A program made the position numbers and the translations under genes. A stretch of DNA of 64,000 nt. Source: Phycisphaerales bacterium (GTDB lineage Bacteria; Planctomycetota; Phycisphaerae; Phycisphaerales; UBA1924). The notes under the pieces are model-generated. The model saw nothing but the letters and a program-made list of their open reading frames with translations. It did not search any database and was not told where the DNA came from. Every line of letters begins with the position of its first letter. The first letter of the stretch is position 1. Below, piece by piece: positions 33,156-43,160 of the stretch. The DNA lies in NCBI GenBank assembly GCA_047600535.1, contig JASGKR010000001.1, positions 2,719,638 through 2,783,637 of the forward strand, written 5' to 3'.

Positions 33156-33197
33156 CCGACTTCCGACTTCCGACTTCCGACTTCCGACTTCCGACTC
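33156..33197. repeat. heptanucleotide microsatellite (ccgactt)x5 plus ccgactc
   Basis: Seen directly in the sequence. The repeat abuts the stop codon of the corrected 33196-34262 gene. Confidence 0.85.
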
Positions 33198-34262
33198 AAT
33201 TCTCCCCACACCCATCAAAGAACCCGGTGATGAACGCGATGAAATCGTTGTTGTCGAGCTGACCGTCCGAGCCCGGCTGACCTCCCGCGCGCCCACGTCC
33301 GCCCGGGTGTCGGCAGCGAAGTACCGGTTGATGTACGCGATGAAGTCGTTGTTGTCGAGCGCACTGTCCGCGCCGTCGACGCCGCCCGCACTCCCCACGT
33401 CGCTCGGCCCGCAGGGGATGTAGATCGTCCGCCCCAGCCAGCGGTTGTTCACGATCCCCATCGACGGGCTGTTGATCGTGTACCCCTCAGGCAGCACGAA
33501 GACCAGCGGCTCACCGAAGCTCGGCCCGTTGGTCGCGATGCTCGCGTTCATGTGCCAGCTCGCCCCGCCCGGCGAGTGGTCATACGCGCCGCCGAACGCG
33601 ACGCCCGACGGATTCCGCGGCGTGCCGAGCGACATCGAAACGGTAAACGGCTGGTTCACCGGAACCAGCGCGCCGACGATGCTGACGGTTCCGCTGGTCG
33701 ATGACGGCGGGTTCCCGCCGCCGATGTGCGCCGAGAACGACCCGCCCTGACCGGCAATCGAGGCGCTCGCGTTGATCGTGTACCCCGCGGAGATGACGTT
33801 CTCGCCCGATGCACCGACGATCCCAATCACGCTGAACGACGCCGACACGGGAATCGTGTTCTCAAACTGCCCCGTCCCCGTGTACGAGATCACCACGTCG
33901 CTCCACGAAGCGCTCGACGTGCCCGACCCCGCCCACGTCACGCCGTCATACCGACCCGGGAGACTCGCAATCGCATGGCGGGATCCGGCGCCGTTGGCGG
34001 AGTGCTCAATCAGCCCACGGTCGACCGACGACATGAACGACTCGTGCGCCGCGCTCCCGTTCGCCGAGACCGAACCGCACGTCGAGATCCCCAGCATCGG
34101 AAACTGGCTTGTCCGGTTATCGCCGTGGAACGTCTGCGTCCCGCCTCCGTAGAAGACGGCCGCTCCGATGTTCGTCGAGTACGTCCCCTGCGCAAACGCC
34201 GCCGCTCCAGACCCCGCCACGCCCAGCCCCCCTACCACGGCCGCCAACATCGTCGCTCGCAT
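33196..34262 (-). pseudogene. secreted protein with duplicated DNNDFIA(Y/F)I dockerin-like C-terminal module ending FFDGC. A single-nt frameshift between the two repeats makes it a pseudogene or assembly error.
   Basis: The signal peptide is MRATMLAAVVGGLGVAGSGAAAFAQG. The first repeat is GSAGGVDGADSALDNNDFIAYINRYF. Shifting +1 near 33265 restores AGGQPGSDGQLDNNDFIAFITGFFDGCGEN-stop. The annotated ORF 33093-34493 reads through into junk. Confidence 0.5.
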
Positions 34263-34575
34263 GAGAACCTCCTTCGTGAAGTACTCAGGACTAGCGGCCG
34301 CTCGCACCAGCTTGGACACCTCCCCACCAAATATCAGGCGGCCCGCACACAGAGCCCCGACCGGCAGGAAGGGGACAGCGCCCTTCCTCCCACACCGCAG
34401 GCAGGCTTCACAAACAGACCTCCACCCCCCCACCCCCCCGCCTCCCCCACTCCCCAGCAACTCCACCCGCGGGAAAAACCCTGTTCTGACCACAACCGCC
34501 GTCTAGACGTCAACCAAGCACTCCCTCACCGGTGCCCAGTTGTCAGAGACCCGCGGCGCTGTAGAGTCACAACCC

Positions 34576-35880
34576 ATGCAACACGATCTCGACCGTCGTT
34601 TCCTTCTCGGTGGCCTCGCCGGCGCTGCCGGTGTCTCCGCTCTGGCCGCCATGGCCAAGGGCGGCCCGATCACCCCCCCCGCCGGGGCCGTCGCCTCTAC
34701 CGGCAAGCCCCTCTCAGACGTCGAGCCTCGCACAGCCATCAACGCGACCAACACCCCCGCGGCCAACGGTTTCACTCACGTCATCAGCACCAACGGCTCC
34801 TACTACCTCACCGCCGACGTCATCGCCACCGGCGGCAGCAACGGCATCCTCATCAACGCGCCGCGTGTCACCCTCGACCTCAACGGCTTCTCCGTCGTCA
34901 ACAGCAGCACCGGCTTGTTCGGCATCCTGCTCAATGGTAACGACCAGAACGCCGTGATCCGCAACGGCTCGATCTCGAGCTGGGGCCAGATCGGCATCGG
35001 CCACAACGGCGGAACCGCCCCCGCCATCCACCTGGAGAACCTCTTCCTCCGCAACTGCGTGCGCGGCATCCGCGTCACCGGCCCGCTTCGCGTCACCCAG
35101 TGCACCGCGCCAACTGCTCCGCCCTCGGCTTCGAGTGCATGAGCCCTCACGCCCTCTTTGAATCCTGCCTCGCCGAGGCCTGCACCGGCGCGGGCTTCTA
35201 CCTCAACCCTTACAGCGTGGCTCAAGGCTGCATCGCCAACACATGCGGCACCGGCTTCTTCGGTAACGACGGCAGCCGCCTTATCGACTGCTCCGCCACC
35301 GCCAACACCACTCTCGGCTTCGACCTCGGCTCCGGCGTCTTCCTCCACCGCTGCACCGCTCGCGGCAACGGCACAACCAACGCCGCCGGAAACGCCAACA
35401 TCCGCGCAGGCTTCCGAACCCACATCGCCCAATGCCTGGTCGACGCCGGCGCTTACCGCGGCATCGTGACCGCCCACGCCTGCATCATCGCGGAAAACCT
35501 CGTCAGCACAACCTCGGGCATCGGCATCGAGGCCGGCGACGGCTGCACGATCGAGCGCAACAACGTCTCCAACAACACCGGCAACGGCGTGCAAATCGCC
35601 AACAGCTGCCGCGTCCACGCCAACATCATCGACTACCACCCCACCGCCGGCACCTCGGCCATCCGCTGCCTCGGCAGCAACAACTCGATCGAGCAGAACA
35701 ACCTCACCCGCGGCTCCGATCGGTGTCGACATGACCAACTCGACCAACAACGTCATCCTCAACAACCGCGTCTCCTGCACCACGCCCTTCGCCGTCAACG
35801 CCGGCGGCAACTGGTACCCGCAGATCTCCGTCGCCAACACCGGCTCGGCAGCCACGCCGTTCTCCAACGTGGTGTATTAG
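34576..35880 (+). pseudogene. Tat-signal beta-helix protein, paralog C, with two internal frameshifts (~35110 and ~35715)
   Basis: The N-terminus is MQHDLDRRFLLGGLAGAAGVSALAAMAKGGPITPPAGAVASTGKPLSDVEPRTAINATNTP. The reading frame hops through ORFs 34540-35142 and 35100-35945 and then a third frame. That third frame ends ...NNRVSCTTPFAVNAGGNWYPQISVANTGSAATPFSNVVY, which is homologous to the paralog F C-terminus. Confidence 0.55.
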
Positions 35881-36047
35881 CCGTGGCTTGGACGCCGCCA
35901 GGCTCGGCTTTGCGAGCCTGGCGCGTTGATCGCCCGCTGCAGTAACAGCAACAACCAAGCACTTTCCGCACGCTCACTCACGATTCACTGGCCGTGCGAA
36001 CCCGCCTTCGCCGCCGGTCTGAACACCGCAATCGAATACCTACACAC

Positions 36048-36992
36048 ATGACCACTCACGCCAACGACACCTCTTCCCCCACCGACAACCTCGATCGCCG
36101 CTTCCTACTGGGCGGACTCGCCGGCGCCGCGGGTATCGCCGCGCTCGCCGCCATGACGCGCCCCGCCTCCGCCGGCCCGCTCAACCCGCCCGCGGGTCCG
36201 ATCGCGGGAACCAGCCACACGCTCGACGAGATCTACAACAAGATCCCCGCCTCAGGCACTGGCGCAGGCCGCATCCCCCTCGTCGGCGGCAACCAGCCGA
36301 TCACGATCACCCAATCCGGCTCATACATCCTCACCGGCAACCTCGCCAATACCGGCAGTAACCCTCTCGCCGTCTTCGGCGCCAACATCGACATCGACCT
36401 CAACGGCTACTCCGTCTCTGGCGAACTCGAACTCTCCGCGATCGTGGTTCAGGGCCGCAACATCCGCATCCGCAACGGCATCATCCGCGAGTCCTACTAC
36501 GGCGTCGGCCTCACCGGCATCTCCGGCGTCGTGCTCGAGGACCTCATCATCGATCGCTGCCGCTTCGCCGGCATCGCCGCCAACGGCGGCACGATGCAGT
36601 CCATCAACATCCGTCGCTGCAACGTTTTCGATACCGGCGCCATCTCCCTGCCCACCGACCCGCCCTCGGGAAGCTACCGCGGCATCTACCTCAACGGTTC
36701 CGGCCACACTGTCACCGACTGCACCGTCCAGCGCATCATCCCGCCCGTCGGCGCCGCCTTCCGCGGCATCGAACTCACTGGTTCCGGCCACGTCGTCGCA
36801 CGCTGCATGGTCTCCAGCAACGCCGCTCTTGCAGGTATCGGCATCCTCTGCAGCGGCGGCACCTACCGCGATAACACCGTCGTCAACTTCACCACGCCCT
36901 ACAGCGGCGCCAGACAACGGCGGCGGCAACGCCTGACCGCAATGTCGCCCAGCGGCGATAACGCCCGCAACGCCGCCGATCCCAGGCTGTGA
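36048..36992 (+). CDS. Tat-signal beta-helix protein, paralog D. A C-terminal frameshift is likely, with the true stop near 36936.
   Basis: The N-terminus is MTTHANDTSSPTDNLDRRFLLGGLAGAAGIAALAAMTRPASAGPLNPPAGPIAGTSHTLDEIYNKIP. The family end motif YRDNTVVNFTTPYSG continues as DNGGGNA-stop in the +1 frame. Confidence 0.6.
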   Translation: MTTHANDTSSPTDNLDRRFLLGGLAGAAGIAALAAMTRPASAGPLNPPAGPIAGTSHTLDEIYNKIPASGTGAGRIPLVGGNQPITITQSGSYILTGNLANTGSNPLAVFGANIDIDLNGYSVSGELELSAIVVQGRNIRIRNGIIRESYYGVGLTGISGVVLEDLIIDRCRFAGIAANGGTMQSINIRRCNVFDTGAISLPTDPPSGSYRGIYLNGSGHTVTDCTVQRIIPPVGAAFRGIELTGSGHVVARCMVSSNAALAGIGILCSGGTYRDNTVVNFTTPYSGARQRRRQRLTAMSPSGDNARNAADPRL

Positions 36993-37073
36993 GCACGGCC
37001 GCGCAGGCTTATCCGACCTGCCGAGGGTCCGCAACAAGCTTGTACCTAGGCGATTTGCCCGTACACTGAGGGC

Positions 37074-38384
37074 ATGACCAACGACCTCGATCGTCGGTTC
37101 CTTCTGGGGGGCCTCGCAGGCGCAGCCGGTATTTCTGCGCTCGCGGCAATGGCAAAGGGAGCCGGCCCCCTCAACCCGCCCGCCGGAGCCGTCGCTTCCA
37201 CCGCCAAACCACTGGCCGATCTCGAGCCCCGCACTGCGATCAACGCCGCAAACACCCCCGGCGACGCCACCGCTGCGTTCATCATCAGCCAGCCCGGAAG
37301 TTACTACCTCACCGCCAACACGCCGGTTCCGCCCGGCGGCCAGGACACCATCCGCATCACCGCCAACGGCGGCACGGTGATCATCGACCTTAACGGCTTC
37401 ACGATCGCAAGCGCCAACAACGCCGTCCGCATCGCCGCCGCCGCCACTTCCGACGTCACCGTCCAGAACGGCGTCATCGTCAACTGCAATAACGCCGTCA
37501 CCAGCGCCGCAGTTGTCGCTCTGAACGCGCGCCTCCTCGTGTCGAACGTCCGATTCTCCAACTGCCTGGCGTGCATCTCCACGCAGTCGCCTGTCGAGGT
37601 TCGTAATTGCTCGCTCAATAACTCGTCGGGCTTGGGCACCCCCGTCGGCATCAACGGCGGCGCTCGCAGCCTCGTCGAATCCTGCCTGGTCGCCACGCCC
37701 GGCTCCAACAACATCATGCTGGGCGCCCAATCGATCGTCCGCAACTGCATCGTCAACGGCTCAAGCGGCTACTCCGTCGACGTCGGCGGCGGCTCGTTCG
37801 TCGACTCGTGCACGCTCAGCAACGGCAACACCGGCATCCGCATCGGCCAGGTGAGTGGAGGCCCCGGCGGCGCCGTGCGCAACTGCACGCTCTCAGCCTT
37901 CGCCATCGCCGGCATCAACGCCGTCGGCTCGACGATCGAAGGAAACACCATCATCACTCCCCAGACCGGCACGCCCCGCGGCATCGAGTCACAGGGCAAC
38001 TGCGACATCGTCGGCAACCGCATCGACGGCTCGGCCGGCGCCGGAGTCGGCATCCGCCTCTACAGCGGCCGCAACACCGTCCGCGCCAACGGCGTGAGCG
38101 GATTCAGCGGCACAAACGGCATCGGCATCTCGATCTTCCCCACCGCCGGCACCGGCAACGCGGGCAACAAGATCGTCGACAACGAGCTCGTCAGCAACTG
38201 GCTCCACATCGGCGCCAACGCGTTCTACAACTTCATCGCCCGCAACACCATGTCCTTCGTCGGCGCGGGCGGCAACTTCAACAACGCCGGCAATAACGCC
38301 TACGGCCCCTTCGTCCTCTGCAACAACACCGACTTGTCGACCGTCGCAGGCACCACCCACCCGCACGCCAACCTCGTCTACTGA
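37074..38384 (+). CDS. Tat-signal beta-helix protein, paralog E (full length, 436 aa)
   Basis: The N-terminus is MTNDLDRRFLLGGLAGAAGISALAAMAKGAGPLNPPAGAVASTAKPLADLEPRTAINAANTPGDATAAFIISQPGSYYLTAN...IIDLNGFTIASAN. Many N/G/S/T-rich beta-helix rungs follow. Confidence 0.7.
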   Translation: MTNDLDRRFLLGGLAGAAGISALAAMAKGAGPLNPPAGAVASTAKPLADLEPRTAINAANTPGDATAAFIISQPGSYYLTANTPVPPGGQDTIRITANGGTVIIDLNGFTIASANNAVRIAAAATSDVTVQNGVIVNCNNAVTSAAVVALNARLLVSNVRFSNCLACISTQSPVEVRNCSLNNSSGLGTPVGINGGARSLVESCLVATPGSNNIMLGAQSIVRNCIVNGSSGYSVDVGGGSFVDSCTLSNGNTGIRIGQVSGGPGGAVRNCTLSAFAIAGINAVGSTIEGNTIITPQTGTPRGIESQGNCDIVGNRIDGSAGAGVGIRLYSGRNTVRANGVSGFSGTNGIGISIFPTAGTGNAGNKIVDNELVSNWLHIGANAFYNFIARNTMSFVGAGGNFNNAGNNAYGPFVLCNNTDLSTVAGTTHPHANLVY

Positions 38385-38486
38385 GGCTCGAGCCGACCGC
38401 CATCGTTCACCGAGAGAATGTGCCTAGAGCACACCGCTCGGAAGCAAAGGGCTGGTCATCCCGTGGTTTGTCTGTAGACTGCCCAA

Positions 38487-39656
38487 ATGACCAACGACCT
38501 CGACCGTCGCTTCCTCCTCGGCGGCCTCGCCGGCGCTGCTGGCGTCTCCGCCCTTGCTGCGATGACCAAAGCCGGCCCGCTGAACCCTCCCGCCGGCGCC
38601 CTTGTCTCAACCGGCAAGACGCTCACCGACGTCGAGCCGCGCACCGCCGTCAACGCCCAGAACACGCCGCCAGTCGGCAACTACCTCTTTTCGCTCCCAA
38701 CCGCGGGCTCGTACTACCTCACCGGCAACATCTCCGTACCGGCAAACCGCACCGCGATCCTCATGCCCGAGGGGGCCACGCTCGACCTCAACGGCTTCAC
38801 CATCGCCGGCTCCGGCGCCGCTTCCAACGGCGTAGAGGCCCGCAACGCCTGCACCGTCCGCAACGGCTCGATCAATAACGTCGGCAGCGCGGTTCTCGTC
38901 GGCGTCGCTCCAAGCCTCTCCGTCACCGTCGAAGACCTGCGCGTCACCGGCTTCCTGTCACGCGGCATCGATATCGGCGGCCCCTCGGTCGTGCGCCGCT
39001 GCACGGTCAGCGGCCAGGGAATCACCGCGATCGAGCTCCAAGGCGACCACGGCGTCGTCGAAGACTGCGTCGTCAGCAATCTCGTCGCCGGCGGCGGCGG
39101 TGCGATTTACCTCAACTCCTACAGCATCGCCCGCCGCTGCCACGTCAGCCGCTGCACCGTCGGCATCCGCCTCGGCTTCGGCTCCGTGGCCGACGAGTGC
39201 GTCGCCGTCACCTGCGGCCACACCGGCTTCCAGGCCGGCCAGCGCGCCGTCGTGCAGCGTTGCTCGGCGATCAATATCACCGTCGGCGCGGCAGGCAACC
39301 CCGGCGTCGGCATCGACCTCACCGACGGCGCCGAGGCCGTCGGCTGCTCCACCCTCAGCTGCTACACCGGCATCCGAGGCTCGACCGGCGCCCGCATTAT
39401 CGAGTGCACCGCCGACGCCTGCGCGTCCGCTGCCGTTCGCCTCACCGGTCCGGGCAACACAATCGACTCCTGCCGGCTGAACCGCAGCAGCACCGGTGTC
39501 GACATGACCAATGTCGGCGGTAACTTCGTTCAGAAGTGCGTCCTGATGGGCAACGGCACCGCGTTCGCCGTCAACGTCGGCGGCAATTGGTACCCCAACG
39601 TCACGCTGGGCGCCACCAACTCCGCTACCAACCCCCTCGCAAGCGTCGTCGGCTGA
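38487..39656 (+). CDS. Tat-signal beta-helix protein, paralog F (389 aa)
   Basis: The 5' coding DNA is near-identical to paralogs E and G (atgaccaacgacctcgaYcgtcg...). The protein has the same N-module and a beta-helix body. Confidence 0.7.
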   Translation: MTNDLDRRFLLGGLAGAAGVSALAAMTKAGPLNPPAGALVSTGKTLTDVEPRTAVNAQNTPPVGNYLFSLPTAGSYYLTGNISVPANRTAILMPEGATLDLNGFTIAGSGAASNGVEARNACTVRNGSINNVGSAVLVGVAPSLSVTVEDLRVTGFLSRGIDIGGPSVVRRCTVSGQGITAIELQGDHGVVEDCVVSNLVAGGGGAIYLNSYSIARRCHVSRCTVGIRLGFGSVADECVAVTCGHTGFQAGQRAVVQRCSAINITVGAAGNPGVGIDLTDGAEAVGCSTLSCYTGIRGSTGARIIECTADACASAAVRLTGPGNTIDSCRLNRSSTGVDMTNVGGNFVQKCVLMGNGTAFAVNVGGNWYPNVTLGATNSATNPLASVVG

Positions 39657-39695
39657 ACGACTGGCCTCAGGCCCAATGCGCAGTATCCTGTCGCC

Positions 39696-40748
39696 ATGAC
39701 CAACGACCTCGATCGTCGCTTTCTCCTCGGCGGCCTCGCCGGCGCTGCCGGCGTCTCCGCCCTCGCCGCAATGACCAGCCGCGCACACGCGGGCCCGCTC
39801 AACCCGCCCGCCGGCGCCGTCGCCGCCACCGGCAAAACGCTCCCCGAAATCGAGCCGCGCACCCCGATCACCGACGCCAACACCCCGGGCACGGCCAACG
39901 TCCTCTTCCGCATCACCCAGCCGGGCTCGTACTACCTGACCGGCAACATTCTGGGCTTTCCCGGCAAGAGCGGCGTGCTCATCGCCGCCGACAACGTCAC
40001 CCTCGACCTCAACGGCTTCGCGCTCCTGGGCGTGCCCGGCAGCGGCGACGGCATCGCCGGCAACGACGTCTCCAACGTAACCGTGCTCAACGGCGTCTGC
40101 AAGGGCTGGGGCGCCACGGGCGTGTCGTTCTACGGCTCCGCCGTGCAGGGAATCCGCATCCACGGCGTCACCGCGGCCAACAACGTCAACGGCATCTATG
40201 TAGACCGCCTGGCCGAGATCAGCGGGTGCATCGCGCTTAACAACACAGTCACCGGGATCGAAGCCGGCAACAGCTCCGTAGTCACCGGCTGCACCTGCTG
40301 CGGCAACGCCAATGGCATCCGCGTGGGAAACAACGCCTGGGTGGAGGGCAACACCGTCGCCGGCGCCGCCGCCTGGGCAGGCGAGGGGACCGGCCCAGGC
40401 GCGGAGGGCATCCGCGCACGCATCGCCAGCACGATCGTCGGCAACAACGTTCGCTCCTTCGCCATCGGCTACCGCCAGGCCGCCGCCGTCTCCGGAGAGT
40501 TCGGTCTCTGCCGCATCGAGAACAACCAGTGCCTCTCCTGCAACACCGCCTACAAGATTGAGGGAACGTCCAACATGCTCCGCAGCAACACCAGCGCACT
40601 GGCCGCCGCGGCCCACTTCAACATCGCCGCGAACAACATGGCAAAGGTCGTCGTCGCCACCATGAACGGCGCGGCCTTCACCAACACCGGCGGCACATCA
40701 ATCCTTCCCACCGGCGCAGACACAAACACAAACCTCATCCTGGCATAA
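39696..40748 (+). CDS. Tat-signal beta-helix protein, paralog G (350 aa)
   Basis: The N-terminus is MTNDLDRRFLLGGLAGAAGVSALAAMTSRAHAGPLNPPAGAVAATGKTLPEIEPRTPITDANTPG...SYYLTGNI...VTLDLNGFALLG. Confidence 0.7.
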   Translation: MTNDLDRRFLLGGLAGAAGVSALAAMTSRAHAGPLNPPAGAVAATGKTLPEIEPRTPITDANTPGTANVLFRITQPGSYYLTGNILGFPGKSGVLIAADNVTLDLNGFALLGVPGSGDGIAGNDVSNVTVLNGVCKGWGATGVSFYGSAVQGIRIHGVTAANNVNGIYVDRLAEISGCIALNNTVTGIEAGNSSVVTGCTCCGNANGIRVGNNAWVEGNTVAGAAAWAGEGTGPGAEGIRARIASTIVGNNVRSFAIGYRQAAAVSGEFGLCRIENNQCLSCNTAYKIEGTSNMLRSNTSALAAAAHFNIAANNMAKVVVATMNGAAFTNTGGTSILPTGADTNTNLILA

Positions 40749-40785
40749 AGCAAACCGCCCAACTCACCCTCACAAGCAAAGCAGC

Positions 40786-40842
40786 CCTCAATTTGGCCAT
40801 TTAGCCATTTAGCCATTTAGCCATTTAGCCATTTGCCATTTG
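40786..40842. repeat. octanucleotide microsatellite (agccattt) of about 6 units
   Basis: ttggccatttagccatttagccatttagccatttagccatttgccatttggccattt lies between convergent genes. Confidence 0.85.
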
Positions 40843-40851
40843 GCCATTTCG

Positions 40852-41751
40852 CTAAGCCCCCCTCACCGCTCCCGCCAACGCCGCAGCAACCAGCGGCCCC
40901 AGCAACGGCCCAAGACTCAGAATCTTGTCCGACTTCTGCAAGTTGTGTCGCGCACACAGCAGTTTCACATTCTCCACCGTAATCGACGACCCACCCTTGG
41001 AGAACGGCACGTCGTGATCAAAGTGCAGGTTGTCCATCGCGCCGCACTGCACGCACTTCCCCTGATCACGAATAAAGACCGCCTGCTTCACCGCCGTCGG
41101 AATCTGCCGACTGATCGACAGCTCACGCTCCTCCTCCCGCGTCGTCACACCCGGCGTCGCCGTCGGCCGCAGAAAGAACCGAAACACCTGCCGCGTCTTC
41201 CCCCCACTCACCCGGCCTTTGCCCGTTGGCACATCCTTGATCACCGCATCCACCAACTCGTGCCGACCGCGATCGCACCACACCCCGTCGATGATCTTCT
41301 CATACACCTGCACGACCTCAGCCGCACCCTCCCCTGCCTTAAACCCCTCCGCCGCGGCAAAGAACTTGCCGTTATCCGTCAACTTCCCCGACGCCAGCCG
41401 CATCGGCTGATCCACCTTCTTCGCATCCTTCACCACGCCCCGCGGCCACTCCGACACCTTCCGCGCCCGGTCGTGCCCCTCATACTCAAGCATCCCCGCG
41501 TGCTCACCCTCATCGTGCCACTGGTCCTGATACGGAGCCCCCTTGCGCACAGACATCAAGATGACCGAGTACCCCGCCGCCCCACCCCGCACATTGAAGT
41601 TCATCCCCCGCTGCAGGCTCGTCTCCTCACGAACGCACATCTCGGCATGGGAGAGGATTTCGCGGTAGCGCGCGGGCATTGACCGCAGAATATCGCCAGG
41701 CGGCTTGAGTGTCTCGAGTGGAGCCCGCACCGAAGGGGGTAAATGCAGCAC
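40852..41751 (-). CDS. HNH endonuclease-domain protein with uncharacterised N-terminal domain. An alternative start is at 41679.
   Basis: The C-terminal motif is CVQCGAMDNLHFDHDVPFSKGGSSITVENVKLLCARHNLQKSDK, which gives C-x2-C...H-x-D-H...N...C-x2-H-N. The N-terminal domain (GYSVILMSVRKGAPYQDQWHDEG...LEYEGHD) is unknown and may be a modified-base reader. Confidence 0.6.
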   Translation of the reverse strand: MLHLPPSVRAPLETLKPPGDILRSMPARYREILSHAEMCVREETSLQRGMNFNVRGGAAGYSVILMSVRKGAPYQDQWHDEGEHAGMLEYEGHDRARKVSEWPRGVVKDAKKVDQPMRLASGKLTDNGKFFAAAEGFKAGEGAAEVVQVYEKIIDGVWCDRGRHELVDAVIKDVPTGKGRVSGGKTRQVFRFFLRPTATPGVTTREEERELSISRQIPTAVKQAVFIRDQGKCVQCGAMDNLHFDHDVPFSKGGSSITVENVKLLCARHNLQKSDKILSLGPLLGPLVAAALAGAVRGA

Positions 41752-41820
41752 CGTTCATCTCAGAGCGACTGATCGGTGGCACGGGAGCCGGTGCCACACC
41801 CCCGGACCGTCTTCCAAGAA

Positions 41821-43092
41821 TTAGTCTCCGCCGTCAGGCTTGTCCCGATCCCAAGCCTCCGGATTAAAGGTCGGAGAAATAGTCGGTAGCAGTTCAAGAA
41901 ATCTGTCAAAGCGAAAACCAGTTGGCGTGTATTGGGATTCGACCTCAGAAAAGATATGACGCAACATGCCAACGTCAGGCAAGTGGTAGTCCAAATAGTT
42001 AGCAATAACCGCAAACGGAAAAAGAAATTGTTCCCAGTCGGGCAAAGAATCGCTATTTGTGCCTATCAATCCGAGAAGATACTGCGTCAACTCGCACTCG
42101 TACATCAGGTACCATATCCCGTCGCTTTTGACGGCCTTTACGGGTGAATCGCCCTCAACAGGAATCGCACGAGCGGCCAGCCTAATCCGATCTGCATCGC
42201 CGCTGCGAAGTGGACGCCGTGAGTAGCCGAACTCAAAGACGTCACGATCGGTTTCCTTGGTGGAGTACCAGCTGGCCCGGTCGCCAATCAGGCCAAAGCG
42301 GAGGTCCAGTCGTCGTTGCATTACGTCAATACGCACGAGGTCAACTTCGCGTTTCGCGAAAATCATCTGGCGCAGTGCGTGGGGCACACTGGTAACGATG
42401 GGATCAGTCGGCAGCTTCAAGGCGTCGCCGAGAACCCCGATAATACTAGAAAGCGAAAGGCTGCCAACAGTCTCACGAATCAGAGACTCCGCGTGATAAA
42501 GCAGGAGCGAGTTTACGGTCCAGAAGTGCTTTAGTGACTGGATTTTCTCAACGGTCATCGTCGTTCGCGCGCCATCGGCTTCGACCGGCACAATAGCTAG
42601 CCTGCTGACTTGTCCCTCGAGTAGTTCATCACTTACGGCGCCTTCGATCATCAGAGCCGACATCAGAAACGAAGCCTCCTGAGAGGCCCAAGTAGAAGAA
42701 AAACCCCGCTCCTTCTGCATAGCCTCATGCTCGCTCTTAACGTGATCGCAGTACGCCTTGTATATTGCTTCCAACATTTTTTCACGATCGGCGCCAGCTT
42801 CGATGGACGAGCGAGCGACATTAGTCCGCGGCGCACGCGACCCGCACGCATTTGCCATAGCGCAGATAGCTTCGCTTGTGCGATAGCCGGGTGCTGTGAA
42901 CTCTACGCGCACCCCTTCGATGCAAGTGCCGACTACCCATGTGTGCGGCTTGACTCGTGACGACATCCGAATGAACGACCACTCCTTAAAATGGTCGGAC
43001 CACCGGACTGGAAAGGCGACCTGTACGCCATTCTCCTCTGATTCCACAATCTTTATCTTGCTGTGCTCGGACAAGCCAAGTTCCGCAACCAT
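41821..43092 (-). CDS. hypothetical protein, downstream partner of the HD-GHKL gene in the lower-GC islet
   Basis: The protein is ~424 aa. GC is visibly lower than the flanks. The gene lies 69 nt downstream of the 43161-44849 gene stop. No motifs were recognised. Confidence 0.45.
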   Translation of the reverse strand: MVAELGLSEHSKIKIVESEENGVQVAFPVRWSDHFKEWSFIRMSSRVKPHTWVVGTCIEGVRVEFTAPGYRTSEAICAMANACGSRAPRTNVARSSIEAGADREKMLEAIYKAYCDHVKSEHEAMQKERGFSSTWASQEASFLMSALMIEGAVSDELLEGQVSRLAIVPVEADGARTTMTVEKIQSLKHFWTVNSLLLYHAESLIRETVGSLSLSSIIGVLGDALKLPTDPIVTSVPHALRQMIFAKREVDLVRIDVMQRRLDLRFGLIGDRASWYSTKETDRDVFEFGYSRRPLRSGDADRIRLAARAIPVEGDSPVKAVKSDGIWYLMYECELTQYLLGLIGTNSDSLPDWEQFLFPFAVIANYLDYHLPDVGMLRHIFSEVESQYTPTGFRFDRFLELLPTISPTFNPEAWDRDKPDGGD

Positions 43093-43160
43093 GCTGCGTA
43101 CTGCGTCTCCTAGCGTATTTTGACCTACAGCGACTGGTTCTGTGCCAACCACCTGCACCG

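Noticed and set aside
36321-40616. Long minus-strand ORFs (36321-37730, 38958-40616) across the tandem beta-helix paralogs
   Set aside because: They are Gly/Ala/Asp-rich mirror frames of the plus-strand genes, which carry Tat signals and conserved modules.
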